DNA from: Blasia pusilla
Taxonomy: Eukaryota
NCBI GenBank assembly: GCA_050084515.1
Contig: CM114271.1
Span: 29,760,001-29,824,000, forward strand
Length of the DNA stretch: 64,000 bases
Direction: 5' to 3'
Positions 26,575 through 40,088 of this stretch are shown here, one piece after another. Positions within the stretch are counted from its first letter, which is position 1. Every line of letters begins with the position of its first letter. Made by a program: the position numbers and the translations under genes. A model generated the notes under the pieces. The model searched no databases, was not told the DNA's origin, and saw nothing but the letters and a program-made list of their open reading frames with translations.

Positions 26575-28100
26575 AAAACATATCCACTTTATTATAAAAT
26601 AAACCTCAAAAGAGGACAAAGAAAGGCAATAACATCTCAAAAGAGGAGTAAAAAATGCATAATGGAATGCAAAAAGAAAATGCCTACTAGCCAACGCAAA
26701 CACCGACTCAACGAGCTACACGATTGATAGCCTCAAACAAATCTGACAAGAACACGAGTGGTTGGTCAGACGTGAATGGACGGCGAGGCTAGCCACCCCC
26801 GCCACCTCTGCACGACGTATCAATGCCAAGGCTTGTGCACGTTGTAAGGCCACTGAGATGCATTGCCAAAAATAAGTAGTAACTACAAAGAGAGAAGAAC
26901 TATGGGAAGGGGCAAGGTGATGATTCTCGAGGGAGTGGTGAGCACATGTTTTCACGAAAGTATCAAAAGACACATGTAAATGACCGAATACTTCCACTGG
27001 AAAAGGAATAAATCCATCAGTCGCATGTCTTTCAGCATAACTTAACTCCTTGATTCTTGTTGCAGCTTCGGTCGTGGAACCTTTGGTATGTACGGCTTGA
27101 CACACTAAGTCAGAACGTGTTGGATCAGCAACCATCACATCACCTAGTGTCCGGAATCCATCTCGAGACATAACAAGATCAACTCTCCGACGAGAGGTTT
27201 CTTGTGTGATTGAAGATAGAACATGGAGTTGCTCTTCCCCAACAATGTGAGTGTCAATATGAGCCACCGATGCTACCGCCTCTCTAATGACATCATGTGT
27301 GGCCGTTTGTTCACCACCATGTGCACATCAGAGAATATGGATACCCTTTGCATCAATGGGATCCCAACATACACAATTCGGCACACCTAATAGAGAAGGA
27401 TGGGAAAGTCCAAGGCGTAACCGCAAAGCAGTCGAGAATATACTTCGAGGAAGACGAAATGGAAGAATAAGAGGATTTGCAGTAAGCCACGCCCCCGCTC
27501 CGATACCCGCACATGAACGCAAACGAGCTCGATGAGCGTCAAAGGATGCCTCAGAAAGAATGCTTGAAAATTTTATTTGATGCAGATTCTCGGAGATATG
27601 CTATTGAAGTCGATCAAGCCTTCAGTAATCAATTGACTGAAAGGGGGTATAATTGCTTGTGTAGCAAGAGGAAGAAGAGCTCATGGAGATCCCAATTGTT
27701 GTTGAAATAACATGTCCTCCCTCCTCTACATTGGCCACATAATCCATCAAGATAGGTGTATCTCCTTGGAGAAACCTTGAAGCCAAAATGAGTGCTATCA
27801 CCCCAACTCCCCAAAAAGGTTGCGGGAGTAGATGCGACTATGGAGGAAAGTCCCACCCCTCCAAAAGAAATAGGTAAGATAGCTTGTCGTGAAGCCAAGA
27901 CATCATCCTCCCGTACACAAAAATAGACGCCTACGGAGAAGGAAGAAAAACTAGAAAACCTACTTGGTACGAAAAGAATGAGCTCGTCTAGACGATCGGA
28001 ACAAAATCAAACATGTCCACAACCAATATTCCATGAGAAAGTTATGAAAGAAATTGGAAACAACAAAAAAGAGGATGTGAGGAGAAAGTGTGCCACCCAT
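26575..28100 (-). mobile_element. 5'-truncated non-LTR retrotransposon with restriction-like endonuclease (CRE-like), decayed
   Basis: RT C-terminal LPISFGGVGL, GAWLTANP, ALRLRLGL, zinc knuckle CVC...HIL*C, HD motif, and RLE core RRVDLV...DVMVADP...KELSY...FIPFPVEVFG...ISVALQR. AATAAA on the minus strand near 26590. Both boundaries are approximate. Confidence 0.82.
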
Positions 28101-29430
28101 CGATGACTGCTATGAGGGGATGAGTTTGTAATGTTGGGCTCACCCGTATCAAAAGATGGAGAAATTCCTTAAACCGATGGTAACTAGATATCAATCTATA
28201 AAGAGAGCGCTATGTGTGAAATTGCGTTTAAGAATCTATGAGCACATTTAGGAGAGAAGGAGGTCCAAAGATCCCAAGAACTTTCGAAAACTCAATTTTA
28301 AGTGTAAAAAAGAAGACCCCAAGTTTGAGAAGATGAACATGTTGGGTCTTAGATTGAAAAGATTGGATTAGCATAAAAGTAGTTACAAGTAAAGTTCTAG
28401 ACGTCCCTCCATCTCTTCCCCCAACTTATTAGAATTTATTCGAATATTTTTTCGTCCACAACTTGGTAGACATGCCACGCCGTGAGATCCCAAATAAGTT
28501 ATTGACCTCTTACCCCTAGTTCATCTTGTGAACTTCGTCGAAATGTCAAAATCTAATTTCTCGGCCTTTTAAGCAGACAGTTTTAAAAATTCACCTCTGG
28601 TTACGTAAATTTTCGAGTTGCTTGCGTAAATTCTCATCTCAGGTTAGAGTCATACGTTCCGCATGTGGAGCCACCATTCCTGAGGGCCGTTGACATCAAT
28701 TTGCGTAGACCTAACATGTGGCATTCTTTGGTGGCATTTTCTACTTGGGTTCTGTACGTGAACCTTCACGTAAAACACAGTCTCGATAAGAATTATCCAG
28801 GCTTAAAGATGCCTGAGATGGGTCTGAACATTATTTTACCATCACTCTCATCAGGAAGGGAATCCTAACCTCAGGATTCTTATGTCACTACACAGCGCAG
28901 TGGGTATCATGATATATTTACAGGCGATATTTCACTTAAAGTGAAGAAAAACAATTGGTCAGTCCCTGTAAGAGAAAAACATCTTGGACCAGAGCACAAA
29001 TTATCTTTAAAACAGATTTTCAGGGATAAATTCCCATCTTTACAGGGAATTGTTAAGCACAAAGCCTGTGCGCTCACCATATTACCACCGACAGTGATCA
29101 TAGTAGTAAGACCATCATACTGCAATTGGTGGGAGGTGACTAATAGTTTCACTCCCATATTGAAGCTCAAATTTCTGTGTCAAGTCTTACTTCAGAATAA
29201 GGCCATGAGAAACAGTAGAACTAAGGTCGGATTTCCAAAATATATCTGCAGTTCCCTTCTTTCCACTGAAGTTATTCTCAGTTTGCCTTTCAAACTGACA
29301 AGAACCTATCACTTCTGATTTGTGAGTGCGGCAGAAGAGCATTCATGCCAAAGCGCTAGTAGATCTAAAGAATCATGCTAATGAAAACACATTCTTGGGC
29401 GTGTAGGTCACGTGATTCTTGTTGCTAATA

Positions 29431-32400
29431 TTAGCGGACTTGGACAATGCCGGCACTGACAAGCTTCTGAATTTTACCCATGACCATGGGATTTTTCATG
29501 TGCTCCTGTGCAGCCTTAGGGTTTTCCTGGAAGTCTGTCAAAACCTGCACATAGAAATAGAAATCGGTGAGTGCCTTGCATGGAGGTACAATCACAGATG
29601 GTTCACAAGATCCTCAGGGTTGATTGCTTATATCTAAGCATGGGGAATGAGGAATCAAACCTATTAAGACCTGAGTGGAACCTCAGGCAATGAACTACCG
29701 CAACTGAAACTAAGAAAATTTGGGTCAATCAAATGGCAGCCTTTCTAGAGGTTAATTCAGCCCTTCATTGAAACCGTATAAATACAAACCTGGCGCATGA
29801 TGGGGTCTGATAGTATTCCTTGAATCTCAGGGTCTTGCATTGCTTTGCCCTTCAGCACAAAACAAGTAGAAATTCATCAAACAACACAAATAATCTTGAT
29901 TTACTGGATTCAAAGCCTTATCTCCTAACATCAAGGACGTTGCTCACAAACTGTTTGGAAGTGACAGAAGAGATCCTATTCAGTAAGGTAAGGTACATAT
30001 GAGTTTACCTGTCTCTCCTTTAAATCCTCAGCGCTGATATCACCTCTGTTAGTTTTGTTAATTTGATCTATGCATCTGCCAAATTCCAGCATACCCCAAG
30101 TTAACTCAACACAGCCTGCCACAAGCACTTTTCACTCTCATACGTTGAGTTGCTTTAAGGCAAATAGAAATTCAGACATAAACTGCCAGCTCTTTCTGAA
30201 ATCTGTAGAGACGAGAATTAAGACAAACTATGAGTATAAGCTTGAAGTCTGTCCAAATTATCAAATGTGAGCACCTACACACTATCTGGCTGAAACTCTT
30301 ACAAGGCCTGCCCTGTTCAATCAAGACCTGACGAGTTCAACTCCTTAGACATGCCTGAAACGTTCATAGTACATGCCACAATCACCAGAAAATTTCCCTC
30401 TTTATGGGTGTTTGGTGTAGAGTCCATGACAACAACTCCTTCCTTGTGGCTCTTGGTCCTTACGGACTACACTAGACAGTTGAAATAACCCTGGATTTCA
30501 TCAAAGTACCATACCTGCAAGGTTTGGGAGTAAGAAAGTGAAGCTCACCTGCGAGCACCATCCAGAAGCTCCTGGTTCTCAGGCTCATGCTTTAGTCCGG
30601 TCTGAAGCAGACAATTTCACGGATCAGATTGAATTTACAAATATTTCTGGAAGATTCCATCTACCCCAATTCCATCCTATTCATGAGGGATATGGCAGCG
30701 TGTAAAGGTTCTACTCCAAAGGTCACATTGAATAGTTTATTCTTGACGTGTGACTCAGCCTGAGAATAATTTCACTCTGGTGCTGGATCAAATACCACTG
30801 TTGCGATAACATGGAGCAGACTTACTTGGTAGGTTTCTAAAGCCTTATCATACTCCTTCATAAAAAATTGGACAGTTCCTTTTCGTGAGTAGCCCTTCAC
30901 GAAAGTGGGGTCTAATTCAATAGCTTTATTTGCATCCTTCAGACCCTCTGGCAGAGCCCCAAGTTTCGTGTAGCATGCTGCCCTGTTGCTGAAAGCCTTC
31001 TCATTCACAAAAACGGTTCACTATCAGTCAGTACAAAGGAAGGGACCTCAATGGTTCCACCACAAGCAGTGGATTGACAAGAGCAACCAAACCACAGAAC
31101 TAAAAAGTGAAAGATCTGAAACTTCAAACAAATACCTTAACATCACGAGGATTCCGTTTCAAAGCTTCTGCATAGTGTTTGATAGCTTCAGGATATTGGT
31201 CCTTCTTGAAATACTCATTACCTGCGTGTGGGCAGATGTCCTTAATTCATTAAACTAGAATTGTTGCAAGTCATGCCATCACTCTGACGTGACATTACAT
31301 GAGGAATATTCTAAATACTAAATTATGTAGATCAGCATTCTACGATTAAGTAAACCCTGCTATCCATTGCATTCACAACCTCAATGCTGAAGTGCACACT
31401 GAATGAAGACAGAAGCTTGCCTTTCTCTCTCTCTTCATCAGCTAGTTTAGGATTAAAATACTCTTGTTGCTCCAATTCCTTCTTTGTTCTCTCTGCATCA
31501 TTTAACCTCTTCAGTGTGTCGGGGTTTCGATGCTCTGTCAGTGCCTTATTGAAAGCCTCGATCGCTATATCATAATCTTTGGAGGATTTGGCTAGCTTGA
31601 CATAAGCCGTTCCTTTCCTGGTAAGGGCTCGAGAAATCATCTTAAAATCCGCATGAACTTCTCTACCTCGCTCGACGGCCTTGTCACAGTCCTTTATGCA
31701 ATCTTCATACTGCACCCAAAGGACAAACGTCAAATGACTTTCACAGCGGATTACATTCGTTGTAGCCTTCCTTGGTACGATGATGGTTATCCCTTGGTTG
31801 AACAAAAGTGGTCAAATACCCATAAACGAAAGAGAGCACTCATATATAAAGTCCAACCAAACCCTCACATTAAGCCCTGGAAGTTTCATAATGCAACCAA
31901 TCCCCACTACGAAACACCTAGGACAATCCAACTTTACTACTCCCCGAAAAAACTCTTCCCCACCAAAACGATCCTCACCTGGCCCATCTCCAAATACACG
32001 GCGGCCCTGTTAGTCAGGAAGGAAATGTCTTCGTCATTCAACTCCCAGGCTTTGCTGTAGTGCGTGATTGCTTGATCAAATATCTTTTTCTTGTAGAAAT
32101 CATTGCCCAATTCCTTCTCTTTGAGAGACTGGGATTTCCGCTCCTTCTTCTCTTTCTCTTCATCATCAAGCTCCTCCTCCATTGGCTCCGTCTCAGGCTC
32201 TGGTTGCTTAGTAACCTCCGGCTCCCTAGGTCGTACTTCAGGTGCAGTCCAAGGCGACGACGACGGCCGGGGAACTTCAGGTTCATCGTCCCATTTCCCA
32301 GTTTCCATATCTTCAGCAGAAGGGGTTTGGATATTAACCCCTAATAGGACTCCCAAAACCTGCACCATTCGAGGATCTCCGATGAATTTATTAAGACTAG

Positions 32401-32914
32401 CAGGGCTTCTCTGCACTTCCTGAAGCATTTTGACGAAATCCGGTTGTGCTAAGAATGCTTTTGTTCTTGGATCAGTCTGAATCTTCGCCCACACGTCCGG
32501 GCCCTGGAATATATTGCCAAACGGAGAAGCCCCAGCTCCCACAGGGGGTGGTCGAGGTTTGGAGGCTGCAGATTGGGCATCGGCAAGGCCCGATTTCAAA
32601 CCTTCATTACTTGGGTCGAACTCCAGGCCCTTCTTGTATGATGTCACGGCCTCATCATACTGGTTGAGGCCAGAGTAGGCAGCTCCAAGTCTGCTGTATC
32701 CCTTGCTCCAGTCGGGCTTCAGCTCTACGGTTTTCTTAGCATCATTCAAAGCATCCTCGTATCTCTGGAGAGAAGCATAAGACGCAGAACGATTGGAGTA
32801 AAGCACATGATTGTCGGGTGCGAGACTGACGGCCGTTGAGAAGTGCTCAATGGCTTCTCCAAATCTACCTGCTGAGAAGGCTGCATTTCCTTTCGCTTTC
32901 GCTTCGTCGGCCAT
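29431..32914 (-). CDS. HOP: Hsp70-Hsp90 organizing protein (HOP/STI1). Exons 32914-31979, 31709-31421, 31221-31136, 30996-30826, 30601-30549, 30075-30009, 29849-29790, 29544-29431
   Basis: [14 protein letters not shown]...LYSNRSA (TPR1), DP1, [13 protein letters not shown] (TPR2A), EEREKGNEYFK (TPR2B), and the end [27 protein letters not shown]...[14 protein letters not shown] (DP2). All splice phases are consistent. An alternative in-frame ATG lies at 32926. Confidence 0.95.
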
Positions 32915-33468
32915 TCCTAGCACCATGTATGTGTATATCTACCTGTCGACAGTCACAGAACAATGCAAAACTCCGTTAGAGTTTCGTGCACTTTGCCGAG
33001 GTCAGGTTGACGTCAGAGAGGGTGATTTAGGACAAATCATTCAGCCAAGGAAATCAATCCGGTGATAAAATATAGAGGCCAGCTGATATCCACTGCCAGA
33101 TTATTTCTAGCATAAGGATATCTTGCCGAACGAGACCTAGACTTCAATTCCACCACGAGAAAAACTTTCCTCAAACCTGAGGATTGTGTTCCACTAAGAC
33201 AGTTACATTGAGAAAAAGTGGATCCAACCACCTCGACTCTTAACCGAAGACAGTAGCAGCCCAGAGTCAGCTCGGGGAACCATAAACTGAAGGCATTCAG
33301 AAATCCAAGTTCCATGGGGACTTTAAAAAATGAGATCCCATGACCTAAACGAAGTCGATACGCCCAAGATCGGCTGAGTGGAGCAACTATGACTCGATGA
33401 CATCTAACAAGCGCCAATCGAAAATGACCAATCAGCATAAAGCTCCTTGTAAGTCTTTTCACTCGGCT

Positions 33469-33471
<3 letters not shown>

Positions 33472-33523
<52 letters not shown>
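33472..33523. repeat. (GA)n microsatellite upstream of the HOP start, probably in a 5'UTR intron
   Basis: Perfect AG dinucleotide run. Confidence 0.95.
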
Positions 33524-33526
<3 letters not shown>

Positions 33527-34095
33527 CTCTACGTAGCCTTTACCCAATATCGGAAACTCGTACCAACTAGAAACAAGGCAACTTATCACCATACTTCAAC
33601 ACCAAAAGCTGACCTCACGACCTTCTCTCTCTCTCTTCCTCACTGTAAGACCAGACGCTCATTTCGGGAAACTTAGAACGCACAATCAAAAGCCGCCAAA
33701 AGAAAGCTAGGATTCTCTCCGCACACATCTTACCACTCTCCGGGACGACTAGAAATCCAAGAAACGTGTGAGAGATCGGACCCACCAGACAGTGCAGTTA
33801 GAGGATCAGAGCTTAGGAGAAAGATACAGCAGCAACGCAACACCAGGTGATTTTGCGGAGCTGGAGATCGACATAGAATGCAGAGCCACCTCCTGCGAGG
33901 GGAAACTTCAACGGGTACGAGCAGGTTCCTCGTATTTGTATGGCATAACAGTCGGAAATAAATGGTACCAGACAAGCTAGGCCAATGTGCAAGACCTCAA
34001 ACACCTTGCAGAACTAAACCAGCCTCCTCCACTTCGCCTGTCTTCCACTCTCTCTTTCTGCTGCTTCTAGAGAGCACTGTGGAGTGGGGGCGGGC

Positions 34096-34110
34096 ATTCT
34101 AGAACGTTTC
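34096..34110. promoter_or_regulatory. Heat-shock element in the probable HOP promoter
   Basis: ATTCTAGAACGTTTC gives alternating nTTCn/nGAAn units (third imperfect). It lies next to a GGGGGCGGG box, upstream of a heat-inducible gene family member. Confidence 0.65.
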
Positions 34111-35588
34111 CGTGCCTTCTCAAACCGGCCTTGCCCTAATCGACCTTGATTAGGAGCGGCCCTCTGTTCACGACCTCCGTTACGGAACCCTGACCGTCTC
34201 GCTGCCCTGACCTACCGCTGGCCTCGGGAACCGAAAGTGCCCTCTTAAGCTTCGGTCTCCGTCCATTCCCACATCACTTTCCGTTAGCTAGTCTTCGTTT
34301 CGAGGGTCACTTAGGTGTTCAGACTGTAGCTTCGGTCTCCGTTTGTTGCCACGACTTCGGTTGGATGTCAATTAAGTAAAGTACTCCCCGGTCCGATCTC
34401 CAATTTATGTTCTTTTATTCGAATAGTACAAAATGCCCTGGTTTTAGTTTTTTTAACGAGGCACTTAAAACCAATGTGCGGCCTCACGACGGGCGGAGAA
34501 GAAAATAATTAACAAATACTTGCATGGGATACGTGATAGTCTAGATGGATAAAATTTGTACGGTAAAATTTGTAGAGGCTGAAAATACTAGTGAGGCGCA
34601 AAAAAAAATTTTAAAATGTTTGAAAAGTTTTTGTTAGCGTACAATCCATGAAGGGAAAAGATTAATGATGTTGTACACAAATATAAAAAAATTCTTGTTG
34701 TATGTAATATGTGAAATAATTTCTTGCTGCCCAATTATCACGTGTCAAACAAAGAGATGTTTGCAAATCAAGAAAGCACTCTCCCAGAATAATATAGATG
34801 TTGTGTTAGTGCTCTTTGAAATACTAACATATCGGAGAAAAGCATACCTGGCACGGGCATGGTGGGAGAGTAGTGACATGGGAGGTACCTTAACACGGGG
34901 AATTTTTATCACAGTTCATATCTCTATTCACATCTGACGATTGACAAATTACCTGCTCAATAATCTGCATTCGAAATCAACTACTAGCAAGGGCCGTAAA
35001 ATTATGAAAGTTCATGCTCATATTAGTATTTTGGTGATCTAATAAAAAATCACAAAATTCATAATATTCAAACAAGAAACTCTACATAAATTTCAATGAA
35101 ACATTTTTTCAAAATTATTTTGTTCTAACATGTAAGACATAAGTTCTAATTTCTTATTTTCTACTCACTTGTGTCTTTTAGGCCTTCTCGTGTTTTCTTC
35201 TCACTTGTTCTATTAGAACTTGAGTAAATGCATTCATTGAGTACGATGTCACATCATTTACATAAGAACAAAGAGTATCTAATCAACATTCCTAGAGAGG
35301 TCAAGCATTGATCTCGACAGGTAGAAGGTAAGCATGACCTATTAAGGAGGTCGGAAACTTGTACGTAGAGGTTCTCCCACTTTATGGTCTATTTGGGATT
35401 ATTTGGAAGAACTTAGAATAGACAATCTCCAAGAAGTTCCTTGTTTTGTGAATACTTGACTCCTCGACATAGAAGATGTCTCTTAACCTCATATTGACGA
35501 TTGCAATTAGAGATGTGAAATGTGTGCACTGGTCACAACGGAGAGGGGGAAAGTATATACATAAAGGAGAGATAGCTTGGAAGCTCAT

Positions 35589-36130
35589 TATCGTGCACCT
35601 ACTTCTTTGAATGTTTGTCTTATGCGCCATGGAAGCTTTTATTTAGCTAGTCATGTTCTTGCTCTCGGCATGCTCTTGTTAATGATTTACATCCAAACAC
35701 ATTCAAATTAGTTGTGGTTTAGATCAATTAGTCTTGCGTTTCCCAAGTTTGGGTTTCAAGTCACCCCTTGAGCTTAACAAATTTAGATGAGGTCATATAG
35801 TGACCTAATCCCTCATATATATAGGCAAGTCATTCAAGACTTGAGACAAGCTTCCTTGATATTCTAGGGACATAAAATGGCGCTAGTACATAGGGAGGCC
35901 CCAAATGCCCAATAGACCTCACACAAGTGTTTCATCGGAACTCAATGTATGAGCCTCATGTTATTAAGGTCCAAGATTAGGGTCAAAAACCTAGACTAAC
36001 TAGATGGACTTTGCTTTGTATCGAAACCCAAATGCCAAGTTTTGAATCCATCTTGTATCCTTGGTTTGACTCTCACGACTTCCAAGGTTGGGTTGAGGTT
36101 CCAAACTCCATTGGAGATCCTTCCCCTTAC
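35589..36130 (-). mobile_element. Old, truncated LTR related to the 1.03-kb LTR family
   Basis: TATCGTGCACCTACTTCTTTGAA...ACATCCAAACAC...TAGATCAAT...CAAGACTTGAGACA resembles the corresponding end of 55944-56973. Confidence 0.55.
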
Positions 36131-36269
36131 ATATAGTTTTAGAGAAATTCAGCCCCTTCTTAGTTGCTAAGGAGTGAATTCTTTCTAGTGATTGGAAAGA
36201 GAAATGTCACTATTGAGGATGGTGAGCACTATATTTTCATATGAATGGATGCCCTTACATGTTTTCAAG

Positions 36270-36473
36270 GTAGATAAGGCCTAGCTAGAGATAAGTTACA
36301 AAATATAAGAAAGTTTGAAGTAAAATTTTGCCAAAGAATTAAAAAGGACAGAGAAGTACTTCAACATATATAAGAACATCTGAAGCGCGGGGGAGGGGGA
36401 GGATCTTGAAGAGGATCTTTAATGGCTCAAAGCAATATGGCAAAGTGGTGTGTAAATAAGGAATGAATATTGA

Positions 36474-36532
<59 letters not shown>

Positions 36533-36950
36533 GTATCCAAAAAGACTAATGTCTCCACAGATTAGAGTCATATCTCAAAGAAGGTTGAGGAGTTGAGGCT
36601 CAAGATTCTCTTTGTGAGTGAGTGGAGGATCATTTGAATGGGCCTTCCCGGAGATTTCAAGGATGGAGTAGTTGAGGGATGTGATGAGCTAAGGTACTGG
36701 CCAAAGATGTGGAATGCTGAAATGTGGGTTGATGTGGATGAAGTAAATTGAAGGGAAGTTGTCTGTAAGGCTCAAGCAATGATTAACAAATTAGATTCCT
36801 CTTCAACAACTCAATGATGTCGGAGATGGTGAAAAGGTATCATGTGGAAGACATTGGGGATGGAGATTTTAGGCTATTTGTAAAGGTTATCCAAAGTATC
36901 TTCTTGCCTAGTAGACCAACTCGTGTGCATGGTAATCACTTGTATTTCTA
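36270..36950 (+). pseudogene. Possible decayed gag-like retroelement coding remnant containing a (GA)n tract (36479-36529)
   Basis: Stop-ridden frame FKDGVVEGCDELRYWPKMWNAEMWVDVDEV. The family assignment is a guess. Confidence 0.3.
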
Positions 36951-37736
36951 TTGAGAGGTTTAGAAGGAAATAATGGTGAACTAGGCCTAGACAATACATG
37001 TGGGGAGTTGGTCAAGATCGAGTAGATTGTTGATTTAGTAGAAAAGAATGTAGTAGTAATCTATGTGGGAGCACACTTGGTACATTTTTGGCTAACCAAT
37101 GAGTGGGGATTGAAGGAAGATTTATAGGAGTATTTGGATGGTGAAGTGGAGATCTTGATGACAAATACAAAGGAAGAAGAATGCAAAGAAGTGTAAGAAG
37201 AACTAGTTTGCAGTTGAGTGGTGAAAAGCTACAATTAAAAGAGGAACAAGAGGGAGAATAGGGAGCTTGGAGAAGTTGTTGAGGTACAAATTTTGGAGCA
37301 AGATGAGTTAGATGAAGCCCATATGACCACACTTGTATCATTGGGGTAGGACATTCAAGAAGGACAAGGTCTTCGCAAGATGAAGATGGCTCTTATTGAA
37401 CTTGAAGACAAGTGGCGTGGTGTTATGGTGGACCTGACCACAAGGGCCGTAGAAGATCATGGATCTATGCTTGAAAGTTTTCAATTATCAATATATAGAG
37501 TAGAGTTGTTGAGGATGTTAGTAAAAAATGTTGAACAAGCTAGAAAAAATATGGAGTTTGAATTAAAAACTTTAGTAGAGAGAGTAATACACTTGGAGAA
37601 GAAATCGGAACAATATAATATAGATCAACTAGTGGAGGAGAATAAAGCATTAAAGGAATACTTAGTCAATCCTTTGTTGCGTTGGTTGGATGAAAAGCTA
37701 TTTGACTTATTTTCCGAATATGATTCCCACATTAAC

Positions 37737-38703
37737 TATTGTGCACCTACTTCTCTTGAACCTCAATCTCTAGCATGGCAGAAGCGTACGTTCAATACGA
37801 CAAGCTCTCACTGCTAATCTGCACCCAAACACACTCGCTTTAGTCTGGTCTAGATCAATCAGTCTTCCAACTTCCCAAGTCCTTGCCACGGGCCATTCAT
37901 GAAGCTCAACCTTCCTAGTTCCTCACGTCCAAACACGAGCAAGTCTTCAAAGACTTGGGACAGACTTTCTAGATAGTCCAGACACCTAAAATGATGCTTG
38001 CATGCCTAGTGGTCCTAATTGTCTAATGGGCATGGCATGAGTCCCTAATCGAGACCCAAAACATGAGTCATGGGTTAGAATCCAAGAGTGACCTCCGAAA
38101 TCCACTCCCTCGGACTTGGCTAGGGGTTCGCACCCCAACGGCAACCTCCCGGACCATCCCTTGGTTCACCTTGTGGCTCCCTAAAGTGGAGTTCAGGTCC
38201 CAAGCACCCTTGGAGACCCTCCCCCTTACTAGTAGTTATGGAGTTCTCCACCCTTCCCTTATCTTGGGAAGAAGGACTCCCGAGCCGCTCTTTTTGGCCC
38301 TCAACCCAACTCCCGATTCAAACATTTTTGGGAAATTTCTCAACCTCTACTTATGCATTTTCCAAGATCTTTAATCTAGTGGAATTTTCTTTGCATAAGC
38401 TTTCCAACGCCACTTTACTTGTCCCAAATGCATGGAAGGTTCAAAAGGTATGATCTAAAATATAGTAAAACCCCAAACGCTAGTCACGTTCCAAATCTGG
38501 TTCTCAAATAGACTCAACTCTTCTCAACTCTTGGTTCAAGTTTTCTTAGTCGCGACCATAAACGCGCAAAATTCTCAACCTTGTTCGTGTCTCATGTCTT
38601 GAGTATCCTTCAAGAGACCTCTCCGATGCACAACCATCCTACTGTGTGCACTAGAGTTTTGATGTTCTGCCTTGCCGCACATTTAACTATGAGGGTCTGG
38701 ACA
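37737..38703 (-). mobile_element. Older, diverged full-length LTR of the same family
   Basis: Colinear with 43220-44236 (AAGCTCAACCTTCCTAGTT, AGACTTGGGACAGACTTTCT, CCCCAAACGCTAGTC, TATGAGGGTC..GACA). No matching TSD. Confidence 0.75.
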
Positions 38704-39577
38704 TAGCGGAGGACCCGAGAAGAGAGTCATGATTGCGGGTCCAAGGAGGAAAGATCTAGATACGACCCATCAAAGTTGCAACCTAGACTAGCTAGTTGCG
38801 AGACTAAGTATGGCGACGAAGCCAACCGTGGGACTAACGCTAGGCGAGACACTTATGTGTCTTGTAACTAGCCTTAGGTGAGAAAGGGTTGTAGCTACTT
38901 ATGGGGACAAAGCCAAGGCAAGCAATGTTTGAGAGCTTGGAGCCAAGAGCCAAGTCAAGGGTGAGAAAAATGAGCATATGAGTTGTCAAGATGGGTGAGA
39001 TGTCATGAGACTAGTCACAAAACACAAAATTAAGGGCGGTAAGACAACCATGAGCTGCCAAACGGGGAGTAAAGATAGGCTCTAGCTATGAGACACACAA
39101 AACGTGGGTCCGAGCTCTAGGATGCGTAGGGGAACTGAGAGTTGCGCAAGCTGCAAGAAGCCTGTGCCAAGCCATCTCCAGGGATAACTAGTGAAACGTT
39201 GGTCTGTAGGTCATGAACTATGTTCGGGTTGAGGGCCAAAATCAATGGTATACGGAGAACAATGAGGGAGGTGGGGTTCCTTCAGAGAACCCTAGAATTA
39301 TATATAGGGGGCATACTCTTCTTCTCTCACGCTCAAGCCCTTGAACTAGGAAATAATCGTGATGTGTGTTCGGTCGTATTTCAAGTTTGAGCTAAGAGGC
39401 GCACCTAGAGGAATTAACCGATGAATCCCGGTTTATGTGAACAAATTGGGGAGATTAGACAAGGCTTAGGGAAAAGGCTTCTTGGGGAGATGCTATGCAC
39501 TTGGGAAGACAAAACCCAATTAGCCCTTGGCGACTTCTCAACTACCTACGGAACGCGCAACCAGTGGAGTCTTTAAA

Positions 39578-40088
39578 CACTAGAAGAAAATTATGGTTTT
39601 TATGACTTGACTAAGAATGACTTATGCACAAAATGACTGAAAGTATAACTCTATTGGTTTAGTCATTTTGTATGACTTGGAAAACTAAATGAGTCATAAT
39701 ATAATGACTCAAATATTATTAGACTTCTTATCTAAATTTTTCCACTTTTTTTTGGGACCATTCTCTTTTGCTCTTCCAAAAAAATTTCTGAATTTTTTAG
39801 TTAATGTATTCTGAAATAAATAATTTCAAAAAATAGGGCCTTCTACTAATGTCTCTTCTTCATTTTTCCTCTTCACATTCAATCCACACCATTCTCCTTC
39901 AATTTTTTAAAATTTTAAAATTTATTTTTCCTCTTTATTTCACTTCTCTTCTCAAGTTTAATTCATAGTTTTGCCGTGTGTGAAGTAGATGGGGAGGGTT
40001 GGCAGATTATTGCCAAATCTAGAGAGACGGCCACTGGGTGTTATCACAAATATACCAATTTTGAAAAACAATTTTAGGGATCCAAATT
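39578..40088. mobile_element. Orphan CACTA terminus with subterminal repeats
   Basis: CACTAGAAGAAAATTATGGTTTTTATGAC differs from the CACTA 1 TIR at 2 of 29 positions and is followed by ATGACT repeats. Confidence 0.8.

Noticed and set aside
37380-37817. 145-aa coiled-coil ORF
   Set aside because: It reads into an LTR at 37737, has stops just upstream and shows no identifiable domain. Probably a TE remnant.
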